The notes below the pieces were generated by a model that was not told where the DNA came from, did not search any database, and saw only the letters and a program-made list of their open reading frames with translations. A DNA stretch of 64,000 nucleotides from assembly GCA_046350795.1 (NCBI GenBank), contig JAXLZT010000001.1:80468-144467 (forward strand), given 5' to 3'. Source of the DNA: Minisyncoccota bacterium (lineage in GTDB: Bacteria; Patescibacteriota; Minisyncoccia; Phycocordibacterales; CALRHW01). Of the stretch, positions 1-8,576 are shown piece after piece (the stretch's first letter is position 1; each line of letters opens with the position of its first letter). The position numbers and the translations under genes were made by a program.

Positions 1-194
1 ATAATGCTCTTTTATATATTCTCCATTTTAAAAATTTTCTTGTACATGGATAGTAAGTCGCATTCTGTAAGCGATACACTCATCAGCTTTTCTATACCAT
101 TTATAATATTAACCTGTCTTTTTCTTTTAATATGTTACAAAAAAGGTGAAAAACCTAGCTGGCATTGGGGTGATAAAAAATAAATAAACCAAAT

Positions 195-226
195 AAAAAA
201 ACCGGCATTAAGCCGGTTTTTTTATT
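195..226. terminator. rho-independent terminator hairpin ccggc-atta-gccgg flanked by A/T runs on both sides (bidirectional, ends ftsH)
   Basis: perfect GC stem with T-run seen in sequence 202-224. Confidence 0.6.
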
Positions 227-232
227 TGCTTA

Positions 233-2173
233 CTAGCCAGCATGTTCTATATCCATTTTATTTTTAAGCTGGATACCGTTTGCGACGATTATCTTTTCAT
301 ACTCTTCCCTTTCTATAGTTTCCACCTCTACTAGACGCAGAGCTATGATATCCAAAAGTTTTCTGTGTTTTGTAATAATATCCTCAGTTTTTTCGTAAGC
401 TTCTTTCATTATTTTAGACACTTCAGCATCTATCATCGCGCTTACCTCTTGGGAATATTCTTTTTCTTCTACACCTCTTCCAAACATAGCTCTACCACCA
501 GAACCCTCCAAAGCTATAGGTCCTATCTTTTCAGACATTCCGTATTTTGTAACCATATCGCGCGCGAGAGCTGTAGACACTTGCAAATCATTTGATGAAC
601 CGGTAGTAAGGTCGCCAAAAATATTTTTTTCTACTACATATCCACCAAGCGAAACCGCAATGTCATCTAGAAATTCATTTTTTGATTGCATCTTTTTGTC
701 ATCGAGAGGAAGCTTTAAAGTGTAGCCAGCCGCACGTCCACGAGAGATAATAGATATTTTGTGCACTGGATCAGCATACGGAAGCACTGAAGCGACGAGA
801 GCATGTCCGGCTTCGTGATACGCAGTGATTTCTTTTTCTTTTTTTGAAAGAATGTGACTTCTTCTCTCAGGACCAAGCATCACTTTTTCAATAGAACGAA
901 TCAGATCGTACTGAGAAACTTGTGTGCGGTTCTCTCGTGCAGCTAGTATTGCACCCTCATTCATTAGAGAGTACAAATCCGCACCAGAAAATCCTGGGGT
1001 ACGCTCTGCTATCACTCCCAAATTTACATCTTCTGCAAATGGTTTTGATTTTGAATGAATAGCCAAAATTTCTTCTCTGTCTTTTCTATCTGGAAAATCT
1101 AGAGTGACGCGTCGATCGAAACGTCCTGGTCGTAGCAGAGCCGGGTCAAGCACATCAGGTCTATTTGTCGCAGCCATTACTATCACCTTTTCATTTGGCT
1201 CAAAGCCGTCCATTTCTACAAGTATTTGATTTAGTGTCTGCTCTCTTTCATCATTTCCCCCACCAGCACCCACTCCTCTGACACGACCCACAGCGTCTAT
1301 TTCATCTACGAAAATTATCGCCGGCGCATTTTGTTTTGCCACCTTAAATAGATCACGCACACGTGAAGCTCCAACACCCACAAACATTTCAACAAACTCT
1401 GAACCAGAAATAGAAAAGAAAGAAACACCCGCTTCACCCGCGACCGCTCGCGCAAGCAAAGTCTTTCCTGTGCCGGGCGCGCCCATTAGCAAAATACCTT
1501 TTGGAATTCTTGCGCCAATATCTAGAAACTTTTTTGGATTCCTCAAAAAGTCGACAATTTCTTTCAATTCTTCTTTTGCTTCTTTTACACCAGCAACATC
1601 TTTAAAAGTCACTCTTTGTTTTTTGTCATCAGGAGAAATCATTCGCGCTTTTGATTGACCAAAAGTGAAAGCTTGTACTCCCGCACCACGCACCTGCCGA
1701 GTCATAAACCACAAAAAGAAAACTACGAAAATAATAGGAACGATTATCGGTGCTAAATTTATAACCCAATACCAAAAACCACTATCCCCCCTTATTTCTA
1801 TTTTCACTTCACTGAGTTTTTCTGGAGTGACCCCATAGTTTGTGAGAGTTTCAGAAAGTGCTGTCGTATCCTCTTTTTTTGCATCCTTTTTTTCTTGACT
1901 CTTGTAAACAATGTCTAAAAATTCCCCTTTTACATAAATATCTGACACAAGACCGGCATTTACATCACGTGCAAGCTCGCTGATAGATATTGTTGTGGAT
2001 TGTTTTTCTGCACCAGACAAAAAAGAATAAATAGTAAGAATGATAAAAAATATTAAAAATGTGCTACCAATATTTAGCCACATTTTATTTTTTTCTGGCA
2101 TACCTTTTTGTGGTACAGTTTTCTTTAAAACAACTTTAAGGTTTTTCTTATTTTTTTGATTAAATAGTTTCAT
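233..2173 (-). CDS. ftsH: ATP-dependent zinc metalloprotease FtsH
   Basis: N-terminal TM segments, AAA Walker [21 protein letters not shown], zinc site HEAGHALV; ORF-track start at 2290 adds 39 non-conserved codons, ATG at 2171-2173 (MKLFNQ) preferred. Confidence 0.93.
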   Translation of the reverse strand: MKLFNQKNKKNLKVVLKKTVPQKGMPEKNKMWLNIGSTFLIFFIILTIYSFLSGAEKQSTTISISELARDVNAGLVSDIYVKGEFLDIVYKSQEKKDAKKEDTTALSETLTNYGVTPEKLSEVKIEIRGDSGFWYWVINLAPIIVPIIFVVFFLWFMTRQVRGAGVQAFTFGQSKARMISPDDKKQRVTFKDVAGVKEAKEELKEIVDFLRNPKKFLDIGARIPKGILLMGAPGTGKTLLARAVAGEAGVSFFSISGSEFVEMFVGVGASRVRDLFKVAKQNAPAIIFVDEIDAVGRVRGVGAGGGNDEREQTLNQILVEMDGFEPNEKVIVMAATNRPDVLDPALLRPGRFDRRVTLDFPDRKDREEILAIHSKSKPFAEDVNLGVIAERTPGFSGADLYSLMNEGAILAARENRTQVSQYDLIRSIEKVMLGPERRSHILSKKEKEITAYHEAGHALVASVLPYADPVHKISIISRGRAAGYTLKLPLDDKKMQSKNEFLDDIAVSLGGYVVEKNIFGDLTTGSSNDLQVSTALARDMVTKYGMSEKIGPIALEGSGGRAMFGRGVEEKEYSQEVSAMIDAEVSKIMKEAYEKTEDIITKHRKLLDIIALRLVEVETIEREEYEKIIVANGIQLKNKMDIEHAG

Positions 2174-2501
2174 ATGGACGATTATACAATAAAAGTTGAA
2201 GGGTCGCCTATGACAGCGACCCCTCCTGGGGACCAACGAGAGTTCGTGTGGCTCATGTATCGGGATTGAGCAACCTGCTAGAAAGCCCACGATTCCTCAT
2301 GCCTGTTGCGTGAGGATTGATCCTCCGTCTCGGAGGAAGTTTCTCCCACAGCCAGCTTCCCGCGTCACATGCCCAGGCAAGGGCAATGCAAAAGACAAGA
2401 ACAAACGTGGGAGGGAAATTGTCATCGAAACTCCCCTCAGCGTAACGTTCGCGACGCATAGCGTGTTCTCCTAAAGATGTGCGTACAGACCCTGCAAGAT
2501 T

Positions 2502-2984
2502 ATGCCAAAAATCCCCCATTTTTGCTATAGTAGGCTTGTGGCAACATTTATCCAAAATAAAAAAGCGCATTTCAACTATGAAATTACAGAAAAGCTCACT
2601 GCCGGTGTAGAGCTTCTTGGCTTTGAAGTAAAATCTGTGCGCGCGGGACAAGGATCTCTCGAAGGCTCATATGTCACCGTCCGTGGTGCAGAGGCATTCA
2701 TCATCGGCATGCATGTGGCACCATTTCAAGCTTTCAATACTCCACGCGATTACGATCCACTACGCAACCGCAAACTGCTTTTAACAAAAAAAGAAATCGC
2801 TACGCTCGGAGAAATAGAAAAAAAGAAGGGTTTGACAATAGTGCCTATTTCGGTGTATAGTATGGGCCGTAAGATCAAAGTGGAGCTAGGTATAGCGCGC
2901 GGAAAGAAAAGTTTTGATAAGCGCGAGACGATAAAAAAGCGAGACTCTGATCGAGACATACGACGCGCGATAAAAGATAGATAG
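2502..2984 (+). CDS. smpB: SsrA-binding protein SmpB
   Basis: KKAHFNYEI...GFEVKSVRAG...RNRKLLL..KKE...KG.TIVP..VY...KIKVELGIARGKK motifs typical of SmpB; true start may be GTG near 2538; located just upstream of tmRNA. Confidence 0.85.
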   Translation: MPKIPHFCYSRLVATFIQNKKAHFNYEITEKLTAGVELLGFEVKSVRAGQGSLEGSYVTVRGAEAFIIGMHVAPFQAFNTPRDYDPLRNRKLLLTKKEIATLGEIEKKKGLTIVPISVYSMGRKIKVELGIARGKKSFDKRETIKKRDSDRDIRRAIKDR

Positions 2985-3022
2985 TGATGCGCAGAAAATA
3001 CGCGTCGAGCGAACATTGAAAT

Positions 3023-3429
3023 GGGGATGATCGGCCTAGACAGGAGATCAAATCATATATGTGCAAAGTGGAGCTCTGGTGACTCCTAAATCCGCCAGAA
3101 ATTCTAAGTGCAAACGCCTTAGTTACAAAAGCAAAGATCGTCTCTCCATTTTTTGGACAGAAAGATTTTGCTTTCGCTTACGCTTTAGCCTAAGCGACGT
3201 CGCACGAGCCGGCTCCCGTAAAGCTCATTGCGGTGTTATATATTCGGGATAAAGTGTCAGGGCGTTTCGACTGACATTGAAAATAATTGAAACTAGGTAC
3301 TACAAGGTTTTGTTTGTTCCCTACTTGTAGTACTCAAATCGTTCGCAAGAACGAAGAAACATCCTAAACTTTGTAGACTCATATCTGATCATTTCTTGCA
3401 CCCGAGTTCGATTCTCGGCATCTCCACAA
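3023..3429 (+). ncRNA. ssrA: transfer-messenger RNA (tmRNA, one-piece)
   Basis: 5' GGGGAUGA pairs with 3' CAUCUCC to give a 7-bp acceptor stem plus discriminator A (3426); T-arm CCGAG-UUCGAUU-CUCGG at 3401-3419; internal tag ORF 3110-3193 reading ANALVTKAKIVSPFFGQKDFAFAYALA-stop (AYALA ending typical of tmRNA tags); adjacent to smpB. Confidence 0.8.
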
Positions 3430-3552
3430 ATTAGTTAAGAAAATCACGTGATGGAAAATAAGAAAAGAGAGTGGTCTATCGTTGAGACCCAAGATTTTTA
3501 TAAAAATCTGCTAAAAAAAGCGCTAGCGACTATTCCTGAAAAAGGAGCGGCT

Positions 3553-3855
3553 ATGGTACTTGGACCTATGTTTATTATTAGAGCGCCAGAAGAAAACTTC
3601 GCCTTATTTGAAAAAGCACAAAATGAGTTACAAGAAAAAGGTGTTGAGATTTTTAATCAATTACCTTTTGTTGACTATATTATCGGAGACGCACCATTTG
3701 ATTACAAAACTAAATTCGAATTATTTTATAAAGCACTCATAAACTCTGGGAAAATTACGTCCTGCTATTTACTTCCTGATTGGGAAAAGTCAGAAGGCAC
3801 AAGAAGCGAAATCCAGTATTGCAAAGATGCGAAAATACCGGTTTTTGAGATGTAA
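3553..3855 (+). CDS. DUF4406-like (nucleoside 2-deoxyribosyltransferase-like fold) protein
   Basis: MVLGPMFIIRAPEEN...CYLLPDWEKSEGTRSEIQYCKDAKIPVF resembles the DUF4406 pattern (AGPM...LPGWE.SRGA..E); RBS AAAGGAG 5 nt upstream of ATG 3553; ORF-track start 3448 probably too early. Confidence 0.5.
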   Translation: MVLGPMFIIRAPEENFALFEKAQNELQEKGVEIFNQLPFVDYIIGDAPFDYKTKFELFYKALINSGKITSCYLLPDWEKSEGTRSEIQYCKDAKIPVFEM

Positions 3856-3909
3856 GTATTTGTTGACATAATACACAAAAAGTACTATTTTCACTATGAA
3901 ATGCACAAA

Positions 3910-3927
3910 ACCGATAACGTTATCGGT
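3910..3927. promoter_or_regulatory. 18-bp perfect palindrome ACCGATAACGTTATCGGT upstream of high-GC gene (candidate operator)
   Basis: seen directly in sequence; lies between a TTGACA-like hexamer (3872) and the start codon at 3957. Confidence 0.3.
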
Positions 3928-3956
3928 CTGAACGAAGACCTGAAAGGATGGTCCAA

Positions 3957-4421
3957 ATGAAGGAGAACGACCTAAAAATCGGGAGAAAGGTGGAAGTGAC
4001 TTCCCTTTCCAACACACAGGATTGGGGAATTGATGACCAGTACCTCGCGGGGCGCAAGCTGGGGGCCGTAGGCACAGCGCACAAGGCTGCATTCGGCAGG
4101 TGCGCTGGTCTCTGGTACATCAGGGACAACGATGGGCGACTCTCCGTCTACCACGCAGACGAGCTGAGCATCCCTCGCGCGGAGCTCGAGCTAGAGCTTG
4201 CCGAAGCCAAGAACGCCATCGAGGAGTTGATCGCAAACGTGGATAGAGCGACCAATGAGGTGCTGTACCTGACCACTGCCCTGCACCATCTCTCCAATCT
4301 TCGGAAGGGCTGGTGGCCATTTGTCGCCAAGCACAGGATCGATGACATCTTCAAGGTACTCAAGGAGGCCCGCAGACTCTTTGAAGAAAGACTTGAAAAA
4401 AGCCGTGAGAAGCCGCAGTAA
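3957..4421 (+). CDS. hypothetical protein, high-GC, coiled-coil C-terminus
   Basis: long ORF with markedly higher GC and different codon usage than neighbours; second ATG preceded by GAAAGGA. Confidence 0.55.
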   Translation: MKENDLKIGRKVEVTSLSNTQDWGIDDQYLAGRKLGAVGTAHKAAFGRCAGLWYIRDNDGRLSVYHADELSIPRAELELELAEAKNAIEELIANVDRATNEVLYLTTALHHLSNLRKGWWPFVAKHRIDDIFKVLKEARRLFEERLEKSREKPQ

Positions 4422-4542
4422 GCGAGACTCACGGCTTTCTCATTTGTCTAAAGTTTTTTAATGGTAGATAATGTATGAGGCGTTCCCGTATCGCGCATTT
4501 ATGCGCAACAGAAGTTTGGGCAACTTACTGGGAGATCACATG

Positions 4543-4818
4543 GCTACGGTGGGAGACATCGTGGAGGTCGTGGACAAAATCAAGGAGGAAAACAAGAAAC
4601 TCAAGGGGTTGGACTTCACACGAGAGCAGTGTGAACTCATCAGCAAACTTGGAGACATCGTCTTTGAGCACATCGGACTGAGAGATGTTCGACGTCCATT
4701 CGCGCTCACCATTCAGGTCAACGCAGAAGCGGAGAGTGTCTTGCACACTCTCCGGGGGTTCTTGATCCAAACACACACAGAGACAAAGAGAAAGGAGCCT
4801 GAAGGCACACTCGTGTAG
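4543..4818 (+). CDS. hypothetical protein (high-GC)
   Basis: ORF 4471-4818; start ambiguous (MATVGDIV at 4543 plausible); followed by terminator. Confidence 0.4.
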   Translation, partial: ATVGDIVEVVDKIKEENKKLKGLDFTREQCELISKLGDIVFEHIGLRDVRRPFALTIQVNAEAESVLHTLRGFLIQTHTETKRKEPEGTLV

Positions 4819-4838
4819 GCGCAAGCCTGACACACATA

Positions 4839-4880
4839 CCGACCCGTAGGAAAGAAATTTCCCGGGTCGGTTTAATATTT
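4839..4880. terminator. bidirectional terminator hairpin CCGACCCG...CGGGTCGG plus T-run
   Basis: 8-bp GC stem 4839-4846 / 4863-4870 followed by TTTAATATTTT; sits between convergent genes. Confidence 0.55.
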
Positions 4881-5438
4881 TCTAACCACACCTTTTACCA
4901 CAGCAGCGATACGAAAACTTTCTGTGGGATAAATGGGTTTGTAGTTTTTGTTGGCTGGCTCGAGCCAAACTTTACCATTTTTTGATCTGTAAAATTTCAT
5001 AGTCCACCCACCATCTACTTCCGCAATAACTATTTCACCATCGCGTGCATACTCGCGTCTCTCCGCAACCACCATGTCTCCTTCTTGTATACCTTCTTCT
5101 ATCATTGAATCACCCTTTACCTCCAACATGTAGGTTTTGCTCTGATCTTCGATAAGAAGCTCGTCTATACTCATAGTGTCTAGCTGATCCTCTTCTGCAA
5201 CAGAAGGAAAACCAGCTTCCACCAAACCAAGGACAGGGACTTGTCCAAACATATTTTTAGGAATGAGCCGGCCTTGAGAATCTTTTTCTACTATCCCCGC
5301 CTCTACCATTTTATTGATGAGTTTGTAGACAGCATTTTTAGATTTGAAACCAACGAGTGCCATGATTTCTTTGTATCCAGGCATTCGTCGATGCTTTTTA
5401 TAAAATCCTAAAATTTTTTGTTTGTATTGTTCGTTCAT
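4872..5438 (-). CDS. lexA: LexA-family transcriptional repressor (S24 peptidase)
   Basis: N-terminal winged-helix (PGYKEIMALVGFKSKNAVYKLINKM), Ala-Gly cleavage site VEAGFP, catalytic Ser in VKGDSM and Lys in TMKFYRS. Confidence 0.85.
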   Translation of the reverse strand: MNEQYKQKILGFYKKHRRMPGYKEIMALVGFKSKNAVYKLINKMVEAGIVEKDSQGRLIPKNMFGQVPVLGLVEAGFPSVAEEDQLDTMSIDELLIEDQSKTYMLEVKGDSMIEEGIQEGDMVVAERREYARDGEIVIAEVDGGWTMKFYRSKNGKVWLEPANKNYKPIYPTESFRIAAVVKGVVRKY

Positions 5439-5459
5439 TTAAATCTATTGCACTCCTGA

Positions 5460-5654
5460 TTAAAGAAACGACGCAAAGCCAAATGATCTTGTGAGCCAAG
5501 CACTGCGACGCATCTGACTGAGCTGACTGCGAAGACGCTTGTGTGCTTTTGCTTCTTTGGAATATGATTGGCCTTTTATAATTTTTAAATCTATCTGATC
5601 ATTTAGCCTTTTGAGCTCATCGTGTATTGAATATAACATTCTGTTTTTACTCAT
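5460..5654 (-). CDS. small hypothetical protein co-transcribed upstream of lexA
   Basis: 64-aa basic ORF between LexA box and lexA, same strand. Confidence 0.35.
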   Translation of the reverse strand: MSKNRMLYSIHDELKRLNDQIDLKIIKGQSYSKEAKAHKRLRSQLSQMRRSAWLTRSFGFASFL

Positions 5655-5697
5655 GTTTTTTATGTTATTAAATAATTAATCTTTATATAGAGTATAG

Positions 5698-5713
5698 GTG
5701 AACTAGGGTTCAC
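5698..5713. promoter_or_regulatory. LexA (SOS) box GTGAAC-TAGG-GTTCAC
   Basis: perfect GAAC-N4-GTTC palindrome (Cheo-box type) about 45-60 bp upstream of the lexA operon start and in the divergent promoter of the 5867 gene. Confidence 0.55.
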
Positions 5714-5866
5714 CAGTCAATGTGGACAAGATTCTAGAAAATAAAAAATGGGTGCGGTCAACTCTACCCTATTTAAATTACGAGTGTATACTTTTATACG
5801 GCGTTCACAAACATTGTGCTGAGAAACAGACCCGGTCTTGCCACTTACAAAAGGAATGGTGACACA

Positions 5867-6205
5867 ATGTCCACCGAAGAAACACCGGAATACGATTTCG
5901 AGGGCGTAGCCCACAGGGTGTACCCAGGAACAAGGACTCGCAACCCCAACATTGCACCGATCCACGTCAGGGCATTCGGTACGTGCGGAGGAATCCAGCA
6001 TCCCATTCACGCTCAGCTGTTGGGTCTCGAAAGACCACAGTCGGCCACTGACCAACGCTCTCAGCCCTCTCTCTTTGGGGATGATGAAGAAAAGAGGTGC
6101 TGTGGCAATCCATCTTGTGCAGGATCTTGTCCGCACAAGAGAGAGGGTGCCGAGATCTCCGCTGACACCGACAGCGTCAACGTCACCTCTTCGGTGAAGC
6201 ACTAG
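5867..6205 (+). CDS. hypothetical Cys-rich protein (high-GC)
   Basis: ORF 5816-6205; MSTEETPEY start likely; CCGNPSCAGSCPH motif; followed by strong terminator. Confidence 0.45.
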   Translation: MSTEETPEYDFEGVAHRVYPGTRTRNPNIAPIHVRAFGTCGGIQHPIHAQLLGLERPQSATDQRSQPSLFGDDEEKRCCGNPSCAGSCPHKREGAEISADTDSVNVTSSVKH

Positions 6206-6237
6206 CCCACATCGCGACCAACGTGGTCGCGGTACAA

Positions 6238-6283
6238 GCCCAACCCCTATGGACGGGGGTTGGGCACTTTTTTTATTTTTTTT
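6238..6283 (+). terminator. rho-independent terminator GCCCAACCCC-tatggac-GGGGGTTGGGC plus T9
   Basis: seen in sequence. Confidence 0.65.
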
Positions 6284-6299
6284 GATGTAAAATAAGTAA

Positions 6300-7376
6300 A
6301 TGGAAAAAAACACTCCACAATTTTTCACCAGAACAGAAGAAGCTTGGGATGCAATGTTGGCCGAATGCTCAAAAGCAGAGCACTCTATAGATATAGAACA
6401 ATACATCTTTACAAATGATACCGTCGGTAAACGTTTCCTAGAGACATTAATACGAAAACAAAAAGAAGGAGTGAGAGTGCGTATGATTTGCGACACAGTG
6501 GGAAGTTATTTTTTTTATAATTCACTCACCCCAGATGAACTAAGAGCAATAGGAATACAAATACAATTTTTTAATATCATAAGTCCGTGGAGGTTGCATA
6601 ATATTTTTTCTTGGTATTTTAGAGATCACAGAAAAATACTCGTTATAGACGGAAAAACAGCTATCGTCGGTGGATCTGGAATACGAGAAGATATGCGTTT
6701 TTGGCGTGACACAAATGTGAAAGTGACGGGTGCGATAGCAGAAGAAATGCAAGAAATATTTAATGAAATGTGGGTGCTTGCTAAAGAAAAAAATATATTT
6801 AAAAGAATAAACAGGTCTAGAAGAAGAAAAAAACTGCAACACATCGTTACCAATGCCCCCTACCTACGTAGACGATTTTTATATCGCAGATTTCTAAAAG
6901 AAATACGTTATTCAAAAAAATATATTTTACTAACAACGCCGTATTTTGTACCAAATCAAAAATTACTTAATGCTTTATGCTACGCTGTGCGACGTGGAGT
7001 GGATGTGCGAGTTATAGTACCAAAAACATCTGACACCATCTTAGTAAACCGCGCATCTCATAGTTTTTTCTATGATCTACTAATGGGAGGGGTAAAAATA
7101 TACCAATACCCACATTATTTTATACACACAAAGACAGCCGTAATAGACGACACATGGTCTACGATAGGTAGTTTTAATTTTGATAATCTCAGTTTCTTTT
7201 ATAATCACGAAGCAAACATAGTTTCCAACAACAAATCGTTTATTTTCCCTCTAAAAAGACACTTTGAATATGATATGGCCAAATCTGAGATGGTCACTCT
7301 AGAGAATTGGAAAAAAAGGCCTATTTTATGGAAATTTCGTGAATTTATGGTTACCCCAATAAGGCGTTTTCTATAA
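6300..7376 (+). CDS. phospholipase D-family protein (cardiolipin synthase-like)
   Basis: two HKD motifs: HRKILVIDGKTAIVGGSGI and HTKTAVIDDTWSTIGSFNFD. Confidence 0.8.
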   Translation: MEKNTPQFFTRTEEAWDAMLAECSKAEHSIDIEQYIFTNDTVGKRFLETLIRKQKEGVRVRMICDTVGSYFFYNSLTPDELRAIGIQIQFFNIISPWRLHNIFSWYFRDHRKILVIDGKTAIVGGSGIREDMRFWRDTNVKVTGAIAEEMQEIFNEMWVLAKEKNIFKRINRSRRRKKLQHIVTNAPYLRRRFLYRRFLKEIRYSKKYILLTTPYFVPNQKLLNALCYAVRRGVDVRVIVPKTSDTILVNRASHSFFYDLLMGGVKIYQYPHYFIHTKTAVIDDTWSTIGSFNFDNLSFFYNHEANIVSNNKSFIFPLKRHFEYDMAKSEMVTLENWKKRPILWKFREFMVTPIRRFL

Positions 7377-7461
7377 ATAACATCAAGCCCCGTAGCCTAT
7401 TGCTCTATTTTCAAAAGAATGCTATATTTTTGGGACGTTATCAGGTTATTTCACACATATA

Positions 7462-7971
7462 TTGAGTACCAAGGTTAGAATCAATCATCAAATAAAAGCA
7501 CCGCAATTGCGGGTTTTAAGTGCCGATGGGGAAAATTTTGGGGTTATCTCTCTAGAAGAGGCCCTAAAAAAGGCAGAATTGGCTGGATTAGATCTCATTG
7601 AGATATCGCCAAACGCTACACCACCCGTTGCAAAGATAATGGACTATGGTAAATTCCAGTACGACGATAACAAAAAGCAGAAGCTCGCAAAGGCAAAAGC
7701 TCACGTAGTGGAAGTCAAAAATATACAGGTAAAAGTAGGTACCGGCGATCACGATCTAGCTCTAAAAGCAAAAAAGGCTTCAGAGTGGCTAGAAGAAGGA
7801 AATCGAGTAAAAATAGATCTTTTTCTACCAGGAAGAACTAAATACATGGATCTAAACTTTCTAAAAGAAAGAATGGATAGAGTACTTAAGCTCATCACAG
7901 TAGAATTTAAAATCGCAGATGCGCCAAAGAAAAGCCTAAAAGGACTTACAGCAATAATAGAGAGAAAATAG
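7462..7971 (+). CDS. infC: translation initiation factor IF-3
   Basis: INHQIKAPQLRVLSADGENFGVISLEEALKKAELAGLDLIEISPNATPPVAKIMDYGKF matches IF-3; TTG (or upstream ATA) non-canonical start as usual for infC. Confidence 0.9.
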   Translation: MSTKVRINHQIKAPQLRVLSADGENFGVISLEEALKKAELAGLDLIEISPNATPPVAKIMDYGKFQYDDNKKQKLAKAKAHVVEVKNIQVKVGTGDHDLALKAKKASEWLEEGNRVKIDLFLPGRTKYMDLNFLKERMDRVLKLITVEFKIADAPKKSLKGLTAIIERK

Positions 7972-7994
7972 AAAAGTGCACAAAAATAAAAATT

Positions 7995-8180
7995 ATGAAA
8001 ACAAACAAATCATTTTCAAAAAGATTAAAGCTTACAAAGCAAGGAAAAATCATTGCTCGTAAGACTGGTCAAAACCACTTCAATTCAAAAGAGAGTGGTC
8101 GAAGTCAGATTTCAAAAAAGCGATCTGTGGGTTTTGTGATGAGTAATAAAACAAAAAGCCGATATCTGATAAACATGTAA
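7995..8180 (+). CDS. rpmI: 50S ribosomal protein L35 (bL35)
   Basis: small basic protein between infC and rplT, KTNKSFSKRLKLTKQGKI pattern. Confidence 0.85.
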   Translation: MKTNKSFSKRLKLTKQGKIIARKTGQNHFNSKESGRSQISKKRSVGFVMSNKTKSRYLINM

Positions 8181-8199
8181 TAAATTTTAAATAAAGACC

Positions 8200-8544
8200 A
8201 TGACAAGAGTAAAAAAAGGAGTAAATGCATTAAAGACAAGAAAAAATGTACTCAAAAGAGTAAAGGGTTTTAGATTTGGACGTGGAACAAAAGAGCGCCA
8301 AGCATACGACGCTATCGCCCACGCCGGAGCACACTCTTTTGCACATCGACGCGATAAGAAAAATGATATGCGAAAGCTTTGGAATGTACGTATCAATGCT
8401 GCCCTAGATCCAAAAGGTCTTTCTTACAGTAAATTTATTGGTGCTTTAAAAAAGAAAAATATTGTCATAGACAGAAAAATACTTTCTCTCCTTGCAGACA
8501 AAAACCCAGAAACATTTGATCGAATCATAGCAAAGGTAAAATAA
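8200..8544 (+). CDS. rplT: 50S ribosomal protein L20 (bL20)
   Basis: MTRVKKGVNALKTRKNVLKRVKGFRFGR...LWNVRINAA...SYSKFIGALKK. Confidence 0.92.
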   Translation: MTRVKKGVNALKTRKNVLKRVKGFRFGRGTKERQAYDAIAHAGAHSFAHRRDKKNDMRKLWNVRINAALDPKGLSYSKFIGALKKKNIVIDRKILSLLADKNPETFDRIIAKVK

Positions 8545-8576
8545 CAAAAAACCCGCAGTAAGCGGGTTTTTTGTTT
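8545..8576. terminator. terminator CCCGC-agta-GCGGG plus T-run
   Basis: seen in sequence after rplT. Confidence 0.65.

Noticed and set aside
2253-2651. 132-aa minus-strand ORF spanning the ftsH-smpB intergenic island and the smpB start
   Set aside because: No protein-like motifs, overlaps smpB antisense; its length is explained by the elevated GC of the region. The region is treated as non-coding.
3061-3252. 63-aa plus-strand ORF
   Set aside because: Lies entirely inside the tmRNA gene (contains the tag reading frame); not an independent protein gene.
3400-6300. Prophage integrated at ssrA with att direct repeat
   Set aside because: I looked for a repeat of the tmRNA 3' end (GTTCGATTCTCGGCATCTCCA) downstream and found none, and no integrase gene is present. 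Only a weaker island hypothesis is kept.
6300-7376. Possibility that the PLD-family gene is a nuclease or toxin (Nuc/BfiI-like) rather than a cardiolipin synthase
   Set aside because: Two full HKD motifs in one about 360-aa chain fit the cardiolipin-synthase/PLD architecture better than single-HKD nucleases. It is kept as the generic PLD-family call.
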